Notes: generated from the letters alone by a model not told the origin. Positions 35,644 to 44,098 are shown, numbered from the stretch's first letter. The stretch is 57,171 nt of DNA from Candidatus Omnitrophota bacterium (GCA_041645145.1 JBAZQO010000002.1:1-57171); one strand, 5' to 3'. Made by a program: numbers and translations.

Positions 35644-36951
35644 ATGGCAAAAAAATTATGGGGCGGGCGATTTAAAGAAAAAATAGACAAAGATTTTTTT
35701 GATTTTCAGAAATCTATCGACTACGACTATAAATTGGCCGAGTATGATATTTATCATTCAATAATCCACGTATTCGCTTTAGGGAGAGCTAAAATTTTAG
35801 CAGGCAAAGAATGCTCTGTTTTAGTCAAGGCTTTATTGGATATTCTTGGAGAAATAGTCGGAAATAAATTTAAGCCAAGCCGGGAGTCAGAGGACATACA
35901 TACAGAAATTCAGAATAGGGTAGAAAAAAAAGTAGGGAAATTGGCACTTAAGCTTCATACCTTAAGATCTAGAAACGATCAAATTGTATTTGATGAAAAG
36001 CTTTATTGCCATAGAGAGGCATCACTAGTTTCTGATTTGCTAGACGGACTTGTTTCTACTTTGAAATACCTTCAAAACAAGTATAACGGATATTCCTGGG
36101 TAGGGTACACTCATACCCAGAGAGCGCAACAAATTGCTTTTAAAGACTACCTGGCTGCTTTTAGTTATATGTTTATGAGGGATAAATCAAGACTTATTGA
36201 CTTTAGAAAAAAATCGACAGCATTGATTGGTTCAGGTGCTTTTAAAGGGACCATTTTAACTAAAGAATATGATATGGCTATAAAAGATTTTTTGAAAATC
36301 CCTAAGAAAATTGTACTTGAATTAGCTTCCGTAATTAATGCCCCTGACAATGTCAGCGATAGGGATTTTGTTATCGAGTTTTTGAGTACACTTTCTATCT
36401 TACAAATGCATTTATCCCGATTAGCTGAGGATTTTATACTATACTCAACGAAAGAATTTAATTATCTTGATTTGCCTGAAGAGTTTTGCACAGGGAGTAG
36501 TCTTATGCCGCACAAGAAAAATCCTGATTTCCTTGAATTGGTAAGAGGCTATACAGGCCCGATTTACGGCAACCTCATTTCTCTTTTGACGACAATGAAA
36601 GGATTGCCTTTGACTTATAATAGAGATATGCAGTTGGATAAGGGGCCTTTATTTTCTTCTGTTGATATAATTAAAGACGAACTTCGGATTATGGCCAGGT
36701 TTATCAAGAATATAAAAGTTAATAAAGAAGCTATAGACAATGCTTTAAATGACGAAACCCTGTATGCTACTGAATTAGCCGAAATTTTAGTTCTTAAAGG
36801 CATCCCTTTTAAAGAAGCACATACTGTAATGGGAAAAATTGTAAGATATTCTCAAGATAATAACATTAAAATAAAAGATATGCCGGATAGCTTGCTTAAA
36901 ACATTTTGTAGCAAATTGAATCAAAAGGGAATAAAACACATTCTTAATTGA
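35644..36951 (+). CDS. argH: Argininosuccinate lyase (AT-rich; C-terminus looks short by roughly 20-25 aa, judged from memory of homologs)
   Basis: KLWGGRF and the fumarate-lyase signature GSSLMPHKKNPD. 435 aa. GC content is clearly below that of the flanking genes. Confidence 0.9.
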   Translation: MAKKLWGGRFKEKIDKDFFDFQKSIDYDYKLAEYDIYHSIIHVFALGRAKILAGKECSVLVKALLDILGEIVGNKFKPSRESEDIHTEIQNRVEKKVGKLALKLHTLRSRNDQIVFDEKLYCHREASLVSDLLDGLVSTLKYLQNKYNGYSWVGYTHTQRAQQIAFKDYLAAFSYMFMRDKSRLIDFRKKSTALIGSGAFKGTILTKEYDMAIKDFLKIPKKIVLELASVINAPDNVSDRDFVIEFLSTLSILQMHLSRLAEDFILYSTKEFNYLDLPEEFCTGSSLMPHKKNPDFLELVRGYTGPIYGNLISLLTTMKGLPLTYNRDMQLDKGPLFSSVDIIKDELRIMARFIKNIKVNKEAIDNALNDETLYATELAEILVLKGIPFKEAHTVMGKIVRYSQDNNIKIKDMPDSLLKTFCSKLNQKGIKHILN

Positions 36952-37060
36952 TATTTTATTCATTATAGCGGGTGGCTGCTAAGCCGAAGCCTTTGCCGCG
37001 CGCAACGCAAGTGAGCACGGCGAGGTGGATTGGCAGACAGGCCCCGCAAAAAAAGTTAAA

Positions 37061-38311
37061 ATGCACGAATTCAAATACAAGAATAATCAGCTTTACTGTG
37101 AAAATGTAAAGGTTGAGGCATTGGCCCGAAGTTTCGGCACCCCGCTTTATGCCTATAGTTATGCTACCTTAATCGGACATTTTATTAAACTGCGTGATGC
37201 CTTTGGCGCGGTCAAGCCGCTTATTTGCTATTCGGTAAAAGCCAACTCCAATCTGGCAATTTTAGAGGCTCTGGTAAAACAAGGCGCCGGGCTTGATATT
37301 GTCTCCGGCGGTGAGTTGTACCGCGCTTTAAAAGTGGGATGCCCTGCGAATAAAATAGTTTATGCCTCTGTAGGCAAGACCGATAAAGAGATTACCACAG
37401 CCATAAGTAAAGGGATTTTGTTTTTTAACGCGGAATCTTTACCTGAACTGGAGAATATTAATCGTATTGCCCGCAAGCTTAATAAAATTACCCGCGTGGC
37501 TATCCGCATAAACCCGGATGTGGAAGCTAAAACGCATAAATTTATAACAACCGGAAAAATTACGAATAAATTCGGGATTGATTTGGATAGCGCCTACAGG
37601 ATCCTGCTTCTGCGCGCTGAGTTTGAGAATCTGGATATATGCGGCCTGCATATCCATATCGGCTCACAGATCACTGAAAGCGCGCCTTTTGTGGCGGCAA
37701 TAAAAAAAGTAACGAATTTTATTAAAAGGCTGGAATCGAAAGGTATTACCCTTGAATATTTGAATATCGGAGGAGGCATGGGGATTATCTACGATAATGA
37801 AACTCCTCAGACTGCCCGGATTTATGCCGGTAAAATTATTCCGCTTTTGGAGAAAACCGGCCTGAAAATAATTATGGAACCCGGCAGGTTCATTGCCGGA
37901 AATGCCGGGATACTGCTTACAAAAGTTTTATATATTAAAAATACACCTAAGAAAAAATTCATTATTGTAGACGGCGGGATGAATGATCTGATCCGTCCGG
38001 CGCTGTATTCCGCTTATCATAATATCCTGCCCTTACGCAAGATTTCCCGGACTGAAAAAGCGGATGTGGTTGGCCCGATCTGCGAAAGCGGTGATTTCCT
38101 GGCAAAGGAAAGGAAGATCGCTAAAGTCAAGGAAGGCGATTATCTGGCGGTCATGGGCGCGGGGGCATACGGGTTTAGCATGTCCAGTAATTATAATTCG
38201 CGCCCGAGGCCCGCGGAGGTCATGGTAGTTAAAGATCATGTATCTGTAATCAGGAAAAGGGAGAGTTACGCGGATTTGATCCGTAATGAGCTGGCCTCTG
38301 TGATTAGATAA
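37061..38311 (+). CDS. lysA: Diaminopimelate decarboxylase
   Basis: FGTPLYAYS, YSVKAN (PLP Lys), GGGMGI and CESGD. ATG 37061 (MHEFKYKNNQLYCE) matches typical LysA N-termini. GTG 37025 is possible. No SD is present. Confidence 0.93.
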   Translation: MHEFKYKNNQLYCENVKVEALARSFGTPLYAYSYATLIGHFIKLRDAFGAVKPLICYSVKANSNLAILEALVKQGAGLDIVSGGELYRALKVGCPANKIVYASVGKTDKEITTAISKGILFFNAESLPELENINRIARKLNKITRVAIRINPDVEAKTHKFITTGKITNKFGIDLDSAYRILLLRAEFENLDICGLHIHIGSQITESAPFVAAIKKVTNFIKRLESKGITLEYLNIGGGMGIIYDNETPQTARIYAGKIIPLLEKTGLKIIMEPGRFIAGNAGILLTKVLYIKNTPKKKFIIVDGGMNDLIRPALYSAYHNILPLRKISRTEKADVVGPICESGDFLAKERKIAKVKEGDYLAVMGAGAYGFSMSSNYNSRPRPAEVMVVKDHVSVIRKRESYADLIRNELASVIR

Positions 38312-38312
38312 T

Positions 38313-39086
38313 ATGAAGAGAATAGAATTTACCAAAATGGTGGCTTCGGGAAATGATTTTATTGTCATTGATAAGAAACTGCCCGGCGGTATTGCCGCAT
38401 TGGCACGGTCATTATGCGATAGGAAATTCGGGATAGGGGCAGACGGATTGATTTTGCTTAATAAACTCTTACGCATGCGTATTTTTAATTCCGATGGTTC
38501 AGAGGCCCGGATGTGCGGTAATGGCGCCAGGTGCGCTGCTTTATTTAGCGGCAAAACAAAAGGAAAAATATTTACTCAAGCCGGCGTCATTAATACCGAG
38601 GTTTGCGCCAATCGGGTAAGAATTCAGCTTACTGAACCTAGAGATATAAGACTGAATATCCCTTTAAGAGTAAGCGGCAGGTTGATCAAGGTTAATTTTA
38701 TAGATACAGGTGTTCCGCACGCGGTAGTCTTTGTAAACGGGATTGATAATATTGATGTGGCAAGTATTGGCCGCAGTATCAGATTTCACGCGAAATTTTC
38801 TCCGGCCGGCACAAATGTGGATTTCGCAGAGGTAAAAGGCAATAATCTCATCGGCATCCGCACTTATGAGAGAGGGGTTGAGGATGAGACCCTGGCCTGC
38901 GGCACCGGAAGCGTTGCCGCGGCGCTGATCTTTACCTTGAAAAGTAATTTAGACAGGCTGGTTAAGGTCAGAACGCGGGGAGGAGAGGAGTTAAAGGTTT
39001 ATTTTAAAAAGGAAAATAACAGCTTTCGGGATGTCTGGCTGGAGGGCAGCGCAAAAATAGTTTACAAAGGAGAATATTATGTTTAA
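38313..39086 (+). CDS. dapF: Diaminopimelate epimerase
   Basis: FTKMVASGNDFIVID, and the two catalytic Cys motifs MCGNGARC and ACGTGS. Confidence 0.92.
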   Translation: MKRIEFTKMVASGNDFIVIDKKLPGGIAALARSLCDRKFGIGADGLILLNKLLRMRIFNSDGSEARMCGNGARCAALFSGKTKGKIFTQAGVINTEVCANRVRIQLTEPRDIRLNIPLRVSGRLIKVNFIDTGVPHAVVFVNGIDNIDVASIGRSIRFHAKFSPAGTNVDFAEVKGNNLIGIRTYERGVEDETLACGTGSVAAALIFTLKSNLDRLVKVRTRGGEELKVYFKKENNSFRDVWLEGSAKIVYKGEYYV

Positions 39087-39957
39087 AGGCTCAATTGTAG
39101 CCATAGTTACGCCTTTCCATAATGGCAAAATAGATGAAAATAAATTAAGAGAGTTGATCGATTTTCAGATTAAAAACGGGACCAGCGGGATTGTTCCCTG
39201 CGGCACAACCGGAGAATCCGCGACTTTAAGCTTTGATGAGCATGAAAAAGTAATTGAGATTACCATTGATCAGGCTGATAAAAGAGTGCCGGTAATTGCC
39301 GGCACAGGTTCAAATTCTACCGCAGAGGCGATCATGCTTACTAAAGAGGCGGCCGCTGCAGGGGCAGATGCCTCTTTGCAGGTTTCACCATATTACAACC
39401 GCCCAACCCAAGCCGGATTATATGAGCATTTTAAAGCCGTTGCCCAGTCAGTGGAAATACCGATCATTCTCTATAATATTGCCGTTCGCACCGGCGTAAA
39501 TATTGAGCCGGAGACAATCGCAAGGTTAGCGCAGGATTGCAAAAACATTGTGGCGGTAAAGGAGGCTTCCGGCAGCCTTGACCAGATGTCACGCATCAGG
39601 CAGCTTTGCCTTAAAAGTTTTGATTTGATTTCAGGGGATGATAGCCTGACTTTACCGGTATTAAGCATCGGAGGTACGGGAATAATTTCCGTAGTTGCCA
39701 ATATTGTTCCCGGGGACGTCGCGGCTTTAGTCAGCGCTTTTGAAAAAGGAGATATTGGAAAAGCTCAACAGTTACATTATAAATTATTGCCTTTGATCAA
39801 GGCGGTGTTTATTGAGACCAATCCTATCCCCGTGAAAACCGCAATGGGTTTATTAGGAATGTGCCGGCCGGATCTGCGTTTGCCTATGTGCAGTATGTCA
39901 GCGGCTAATTTAGAGAAACTTAAAGAAGCCCTTAAAGATTACGGTCTGTTAAAATAG
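39079..39957 (+). CDS. dapA: 4-hydroxy-tetrahydrodipicolinate synthase
   Basis: CGTTGES, PYYNRP and AVKEASG (Schiff-base Lys). Confidence 0.95.
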   Translation: MFKGSIVAIVTPFHNGKIDENKLRELIDFQIKNGTSGIVPCGTTGESATLSFDEHEKVIEITIDQADKRVPVIAGTGSNSTAEAIMLTKEAAAAGADASLQVSPYYNRPTQAGLYEHFKAVAQSVEIPIILYNIAVRTGVNIEPETIARLAQDCKNIVAVKEASGSLDQMSRIRQLCLKSFDLISGDDSLTLPVLSIGGTGIISVVANIVPGDVAALVSAFEKGDIGKAQQLHYKLLPLIKAVFIETNPIPVKTAMGLLGMCRPDLRLPMCSMSAANLEKLKEALKDYGLLK

Positions 39958-39992
39958 GGGACAGTTCTCCGATTGAGTCCAGAAACGTCCCT
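39957..39992 (+). repeat. Repeat family C, copy 1 (dapA-dapB spacer)
   Basis: Sequence GGGGACAGTTCTCCGATTGAGTCCAGAAACGTCCCT. It starts at the last base of the dapA stop codon. A second copy lies at 43120-43155; the copies differ only in the central 8 nt. Confidence 0.88.
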
Positions 39993-40006
39993 AAGAAGGA
40001 GTAGAT

Positions 40007-40720
40007 ATGGTTAAACTGGGAATTGCCGGAGCCTGCGGGAAAATGGGCAGGCGCATTTATGAACTCGCAAACCAGGATAAGGAATTGGAAGTAGGTTTGC
40101 TTTTGGAGAAAAAAGGCACTCCTTTGATCGGCAAGGATATGGGCAGGCTGAAAGTTTCATCCAATCCGGATGGTTTATTCCTGGTTGATGTCCTGGTGGA
40201 TTTTACTTTACCTGAAGCAACGGAGGAGCACCTGGATTACGCTGTCAAATACAAGAAAGCACTTGTTTTGGGAACTACAGGCTTAAGCGAGGCGCAAAAA
40301 AACAAAGTAGAAGAGGTATCCAGGGTTATTCCGGTAGTTTTTTCGCCGAATATGTCTATTGGGGTAAATGTATTGTTCTCAATTCTTCCTGAGATAGCCA
40401 AAAGGCTGGGCCCGGATTATAGCGTTGAGATCATTGAGGCGCATCATAAAGGCAAGAAAGATGCCCCCAGCGGAACAGCCAAGAAAATGGCTGAAGTCAT
40501 TTCTGCCGCTACAAAAAAAGATGTGCCGATGCATTCCATACGGCTGGGTGACATTTTCGGCGATCATACCGTGGTTTTTTGCGGGAATTCCGAGCGCATT
40601 GAGATCAGGCATCAGGCGCATTCGCGCGATTTATTTGCCGTCGGCGCCTTAAAAGCGGTTAAGTGGATTTTTGGCAGGTCCGCCGGGCTTTATTCAATGC
40701 AGGATGTTTTGAAAGGGTAA
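40007..40720 (+). CDS. dapB: 4-hydroxy-tetrahydrodipicolinate reductase
   Basis: GIAGACGKMG and EAHHKGKKDAPSGTA. GAAGGAG RBS. Confidence 0.92.
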   Translation: MVKLGIAGACGKMGRRIYELANQDKELEVGLLLEKKGTPLIGKDMGRLKVSSNPDGLFLVDVLVDFTLPEATEEHLDYAVKYKKALVLGTTGLSEAQKNKVEEVSRVIPVVFSPNMSIGVNVLFSILPEIAKRLGPDYSVEIIEAHHKGKKDAPSGTAKKMAEVISAATKKDVPMHSIRLGDIFGDHTVVFCGNSERIEIRHQAHSRDLFAVGALKAVKWIFGRSAGLYSMQDVLKG

Positions 40721-40723
40721 AAG

Positions 40724-41884
40724 ATGTTTGAATTATCTAAAAAAGTTCAGTCATTGCCGACATATTTATTCTTAGGGATTGATAAAGCCAAACGTAAGGC
40801 GCGGCAAGAAGGCCGGGATATCATTGATTTTGGGATAGGCGACCCGGATCAACCTACCCCCGGTCATATTATCGACGCTTTAAATAAAGCAGCGAGGGAC
40901 CCGGCAAACCACCGCTATGCCTTGGACCAGGGAATGCCTGCGCTGCGCCAGGCGATCGCCTCCTGGTATAAACACAGGTTTAATATCAGCTTAAATCCTG
41001 ATACGGAAATATTGCCTTTAATCGGCTCAAAAGAAGGGATCGCGCATTTTCCTCTGGCTTTTTTAAACCCGGGGGATTTTTCCCTTATTCCTGATCCCTG
41101 CTATCCTCCTTATAAAGGCGGGACAATCCTTGCCGGAGGATCAGTGTATCTTATGCCCTTGCTTGAAGAAAATAATTTCCTGCCGGATTTAAAGCGTATA
41201 CCGTTTTTCGCGCGGAAAAAAGCAAAGATCATCTTTGTAAATTATCCAAATAACCCGACCAGCGCATGCGCAACTGATGAGTTTTATTGCGGGTTGATTG
41301 ATTTTGCGCAAAGAAACAAAATTATCGTAATCTCGGATTTAGCTTACTCTGAGATGGTTTATGACGGGTATAAAGCGCGCAGCCTGCTGGAATTTCCCGG
41401 GGCGCAAGATGTGGTTATTGAATTCCATTCATTGTCCAAAACCTATAACATGACCGGCTGGCGCCTGGGTTGGGCTTGCGGCAATCCCCAATTGACCGCG
41501 GCTTTAGCTAAGGTAAAATCAAATATTGATTCCGGGATATTTTCGGCGATCCAACTGGCCGGCGTTGCGGCGCTTGCGACAGAAGAGGACTTTATGCGCA
41601 AGGCCTGTCGGGTATACCAACAGAGGCGGGATATTCTGGTGGAAGGATTACAGTCGATGGGTTGGAAGGTAATTAAACCAAAGGCAACCTTTTATCTTTG
41701 GATAAAAACTCCCGGCAATGTTGATTCTATGAATTTTGCCTCCCGGCTGCTTAAAGAAACTGATATTGTGGCAACTCCGGGAGTCGGTTTTGGAAAGTAC
41801 GGAGAAGGTTATATTCGTATGGCCTTAACTGTGCCTGAAGAGAGGATAAGAGAGGCTTTAGAGCGGCTGAAGAAGATTACCTAA
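40724..41884 (+). CDS. dapL: Class I/II PLP aminotransferase, probable LL-diaminopimelate aminotransferase
   Basis: A fold-type I aminotransferase (NYPNNPT, SLSKTYNMTGWRLGW). It sits at the end of the lysA-dapF-dapA-dapB string, and no dapD/dapC/dapE is present. Specificity is inferred from context. Confidence 0.7.
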   Translation: MFELSKKVQSLPTYLFLGIDKAKRKARQEGRDIIDFGIGDPDQPTPGHIIDALNKAARDPANHRYALDQGMPALRQAIASWYKHRFNISLNPDTEILPLIGSKEGIAHFPLAFLNPGDFSLIPDPCYPPYKGGTILAGGSVYLMPLLEENNFLPDLKRIPFFARKKAKIIFVNYPNNPTSACATDEFYCGLIDFAQRNKIIVISDLAYSEMVYDGYKARSLLEFPGAQDVVIEFHSLSKTYNMTGWRLGWACGNPQLTAALAKVKSNIDSGIFSAIQLAGVAALATEEDFMRKACRVYQQRRDILVEGLQSMGWKVIKPKATFYLWIKTPGNVDSMNFASRLLKETDIVATPGVGFGKYGEGYIRMALTVPEERIREALERLKKIT

Positions 41885-41885
41885 A

Positions 41886-42287
41886 ATGGCGATTTGTTAT
41901 CTCGGTATCGGTTCAAACCTGGGCAATCGCAGAAAGAATATAAAGTTGGCTGTTAAAAAGATTAACTCCCTGAAAGATACTTGTGTACTTAAAGAATCCA
42001 AGGTTATTGAAACTCTGCCGGCTGGCGGCCCATCCGGACAGCCTGATTTTTTGAATGCTGCATTAAAGATTGAAACCAAGCTCTCCCCGATAAACCTGCT
42101 AAAAGAACTCAAGAGGATAGAAAAAGATTTAGGCAGGACCAAAACTTCGCGTTTTGGGTCCAGGGTTATTGATTTGGATATCCTGCTTTATGGGGATAGG
42201 ATTATGCGCGGGGAGAGATTGATTATTCCGCATCCGCGCATGTTTGGCCGGGATTTTGTAACCCGGCCGTTGACCGAGGTTTTATGA
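41886..42287 (+). CDS. folK: 2-amino-4-hydroxy-6-hydroxymethyldihydropteridine diphosphokinase
   Basis: YLGIGSNLGNR, RVIDLDILLYG and IPHPRM are HPPK motifs. Confidence 0.88.
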   Translation: MAICYLGIGSNLGNRRKNIKLAVKKINSLKDTCVLKESKVIETLPAGGPSGQPDFLNAALKIETKLSPINLLKELKRIEKDLGRTKTSRFGSRVIDLDILLYGDRIMRGERLIIPHPRMFGRDFVTRPLTEVL

Positions 42288-43144
42288 AGATTTTCTACGA
42301 TCCTAAAAAGCTAAGCGCGGCAATGCGTAGAATAAAGCGGGTTAGAAAACGCATAGGTTTTGTGCCTACGATGGGCGCATTGCACCCGGGGCATTTAAGC
42401 CTCATTAAACAGGCGCGCAAAGAGAATAATGCGGTAGTAGCGAGTATTTTTGTCAACCCGGCGCAGTTCGGGCCCAAAGAGGATTTGAAAAAATATCCCC
42501 GCCCGCTTAAAAATGATCTTACGCTTTGCCGCCAGGCAGGCGTGGATTTTGTATTCTTGCCGGATAGTAAGATTATGTATACCCAAGGTTATTCCACTGT
42601 TGTTAATGTGGAAGGGTTAAGCGATGTTCTTTGCGGCGCCATCAGGCGCGGGCATTTCCGCGGTGTAACTACCGTAGTTGCCAAACTGCTTAATATTGTC
42701 CGGCCGGACCTGCTTTATCTTGGCCAAAAGGATGCGCAACAGGCGATTATAATCGCCAGGATGATCAAGGATTTAAATTTCCCGGTTAAGGTTAAGGTTA
42801 TGCCTACCATAAGGGAAAATGACGGATTAGCATTCAGTTCGCGCAACGCCTGCTTAAGCAGGAAAGAAAGGAATGACGCGGTAGTTTTATCTAAAGCCTT
42901 ACGCCTTGCGAAGTCCCTGATTGATAATGGCCAGCGCCATACAGATAGAATTATAAGCAGGATGAAACAGCTTATTTCAAAAAAGAAATCAGCCAGGATC
43001 GATTATATTGTTGTCGTGGATTTAGAGAACCTTATGCTTCTAAAAAAGATAAAACCAGGCTGTCTTATTGCTTTAGCGGTAAGAATAGGCAAAACCCGGC
43101 TCATTGATAATACAGTTGTGGGGACAGTTCTCCGATTGAATTGA
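42284..43144 (+). CDS. panC: Pantoate--beta-alanine ligase
   Basis: VPTMGALHPGHLSL, FVNPAQFG and YLGQKDAQQ. The last 7 codons and the stop (GTVLRLN*) lie inside repeat family C. Confidence 0.93.
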   Translation: MKIFYDPKKLSAAMRRIKRVRKRIGFVPTMGALHPGHLSLIKQARKENNAVVASIFVNPAQFGPKEDLKKYPRPLKNDLTLCRQAGVDFVFLPDSKIMYTQGYSTVVNVEGLSDVLCGAIRRGHFRGVTTVVAKLLNIVRPDLLYLGQKDAQQAIIIARMIKDLNFPVKVKVMPTIRENDGLAFSSRNACLSRKERNDAVVLSKALRLAKSLIDNGQRHTDRIISRMKQLISKKKSARIDYIVVVDLENLMLLKKIKPGCLIALAVRIGKTRLIDNTVVGTVLRLN

Positions 43145-43155
43145 GAAACGTCCCT
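43120..43155 (+). repeat. Repeat family C, copy 2 (overlaps the panC 3' end)
   Basis: Sequence GGGGACAGTTCTCCGATTGAATTGAGAAACGTCCCT. The panC TGA stop (43142-43144) lies in the element's central region. Confidence 0.88.
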
Positions 43156-43165
43156 GTTTAAACAT

Positions 43166-43993
43166 ATGTCTAAAAAGAGTAAGCTTAGGATTGGTATTGT
43201 CGGTTGCGGGGCAATCGGCAGTTCATTGGCAAAAGAGATAGTTTCAAGTTTTTCTAAAGAGTCCAGGTTAGTTGCGCTTTATGACATAAAGCCGGAAAAA
43301 AGTCTGCAGCTTTCGCAAAAAGTTATAAAAAGCAGAAAATTATGCGTAGGGAGCCTGGATAATTTAATTAAGAAATCAGAGCTGGTTATCGAGGCGTCTT
43401 CCGCAGGGGCTGCCTGGGGGATTGCGAGCAAATCTTTATCCGCAGGTTGTGATATTATGGTGATGAGCGTAGGCGGCATGGTCGATCATCTTAGCCGGCT
43501 GTATGCGTTAGCCAGGAAGAATAATGCCCGGGTTTATTTTCCCAGCGGGGCCATTTCGGGGATTGACGCCCTGAAAGCGGCAAATATAGGGAAAGTGAGC
43601 AAGGTGGTTTTGACTACGCGCAAGCATCCTGAGGCATTTAGCGGAGTTAAATATGTAGCTAAAAGATTTAAACTCAATAACCTGAAGAAAGATAAAATCC
43701 TATTTTCAGGCAGCGCCTCTCGCGCGGTAAAATATTTTCCGCAGAATATAAATGTGGCAGCGGTTTTAGGATTAGCCGGCATAGGCATGCATAAGACGCA
43801 GGTGCGTATAATTGCCAGCCCTTATATAAGGAAAAACATCCATGAGGTCGTAATTGAATCCGATGCGGCTAGGATATTTACGCGTACCGAAAATGTCCTG
43901 CATCCGCAGAATCCTAAAACCAGCTTCTTGGCGGTGCTTGCGGCGATTGCGACTTTAAAACAGATTTTGCAGCCGATAAAAATCGGCACTTGA
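43166..43993 (+). CDS. Aspartate dehydrogenase-like NAD(P)-binding protein (NadX family)
   Basis: N-terminal Rossmann motif IGIVGCGAIGSSLA and the central PSGAISGIDALKAA, as in L-aspartate dehydrogenase (DUF108 domain). Recognised from memory only. Confidence 0.6.
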   Translation: MSKKSKLRIGIVGCGAIGSSLAKEIVSSFSKESRLVALYDIKPEKSLQLSQKVIKSRKLCVGSLDNLIKKSELVIEASSAGAAWGIASKSLSAGCDIMVMSVGGMVDHLSRLYALARKNNARVYFPSGAISGIDALKAANIGKVSKVVLTTRKHPEAFSGVKYVAKRFKLNNLKKDKILFSGSASRAVKYFPQNINVAAVLGLAGIGMHKTQVRIIASPYIRKNIHEVVIESDAARIFTRTENVLHPQNPKTSFLAVLAAIATLKQILQPIKIGT

Positions 43994-44007
43994 CAATTAA
44001 AAAACAA

Positions 44008-44061
44008 GGAGACGGTTCTATTTTTTACTATTTTTTAAATTTAAAAAATAGAACCGTCCCC
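44008..44061. repeat. Palindromic repeat family A, copy 3 (after the nadX-like gene)
   Basis: GGAGACGGTTCTATTTTTT (44008-44026) pairs with AAAAAATAGAACCGTCCCC (44043-44061), with one mismatch and a 16-nt AT loop. Confidence 0.88.
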
Positions 44062-44098
44062 CGGATTTTAAAAAAACGAAAGGGGGTGAATTGAGAAA

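Noticed and set aside
36952-37060. A lysine riboswitch (L-box) upstream of lysA.
   Set aside because: The spacer is only about 109 nt, and I see none of the conserved L-box junction sequences. It is kept only as an unexplained GC-rich spacer.
38033-38554. A 173-aa minus-strand ORF spanning the lysA/dapF junction. Many other 60-200 aa minus-strand ORFs appear in the track.
   Set aside because: All lie antisense to strongly supported + strand genes. None has a recognisable domain or translation signals. No intergenic space is available for them.
41905-41935. A GGTTCAAACC string resembling a tRNA T-arm.
   Set aside because: It lies inside folK, where it encodes the conserved LGIGSNLGNR motif. 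There are no flanking acceptor or anticodon stems.
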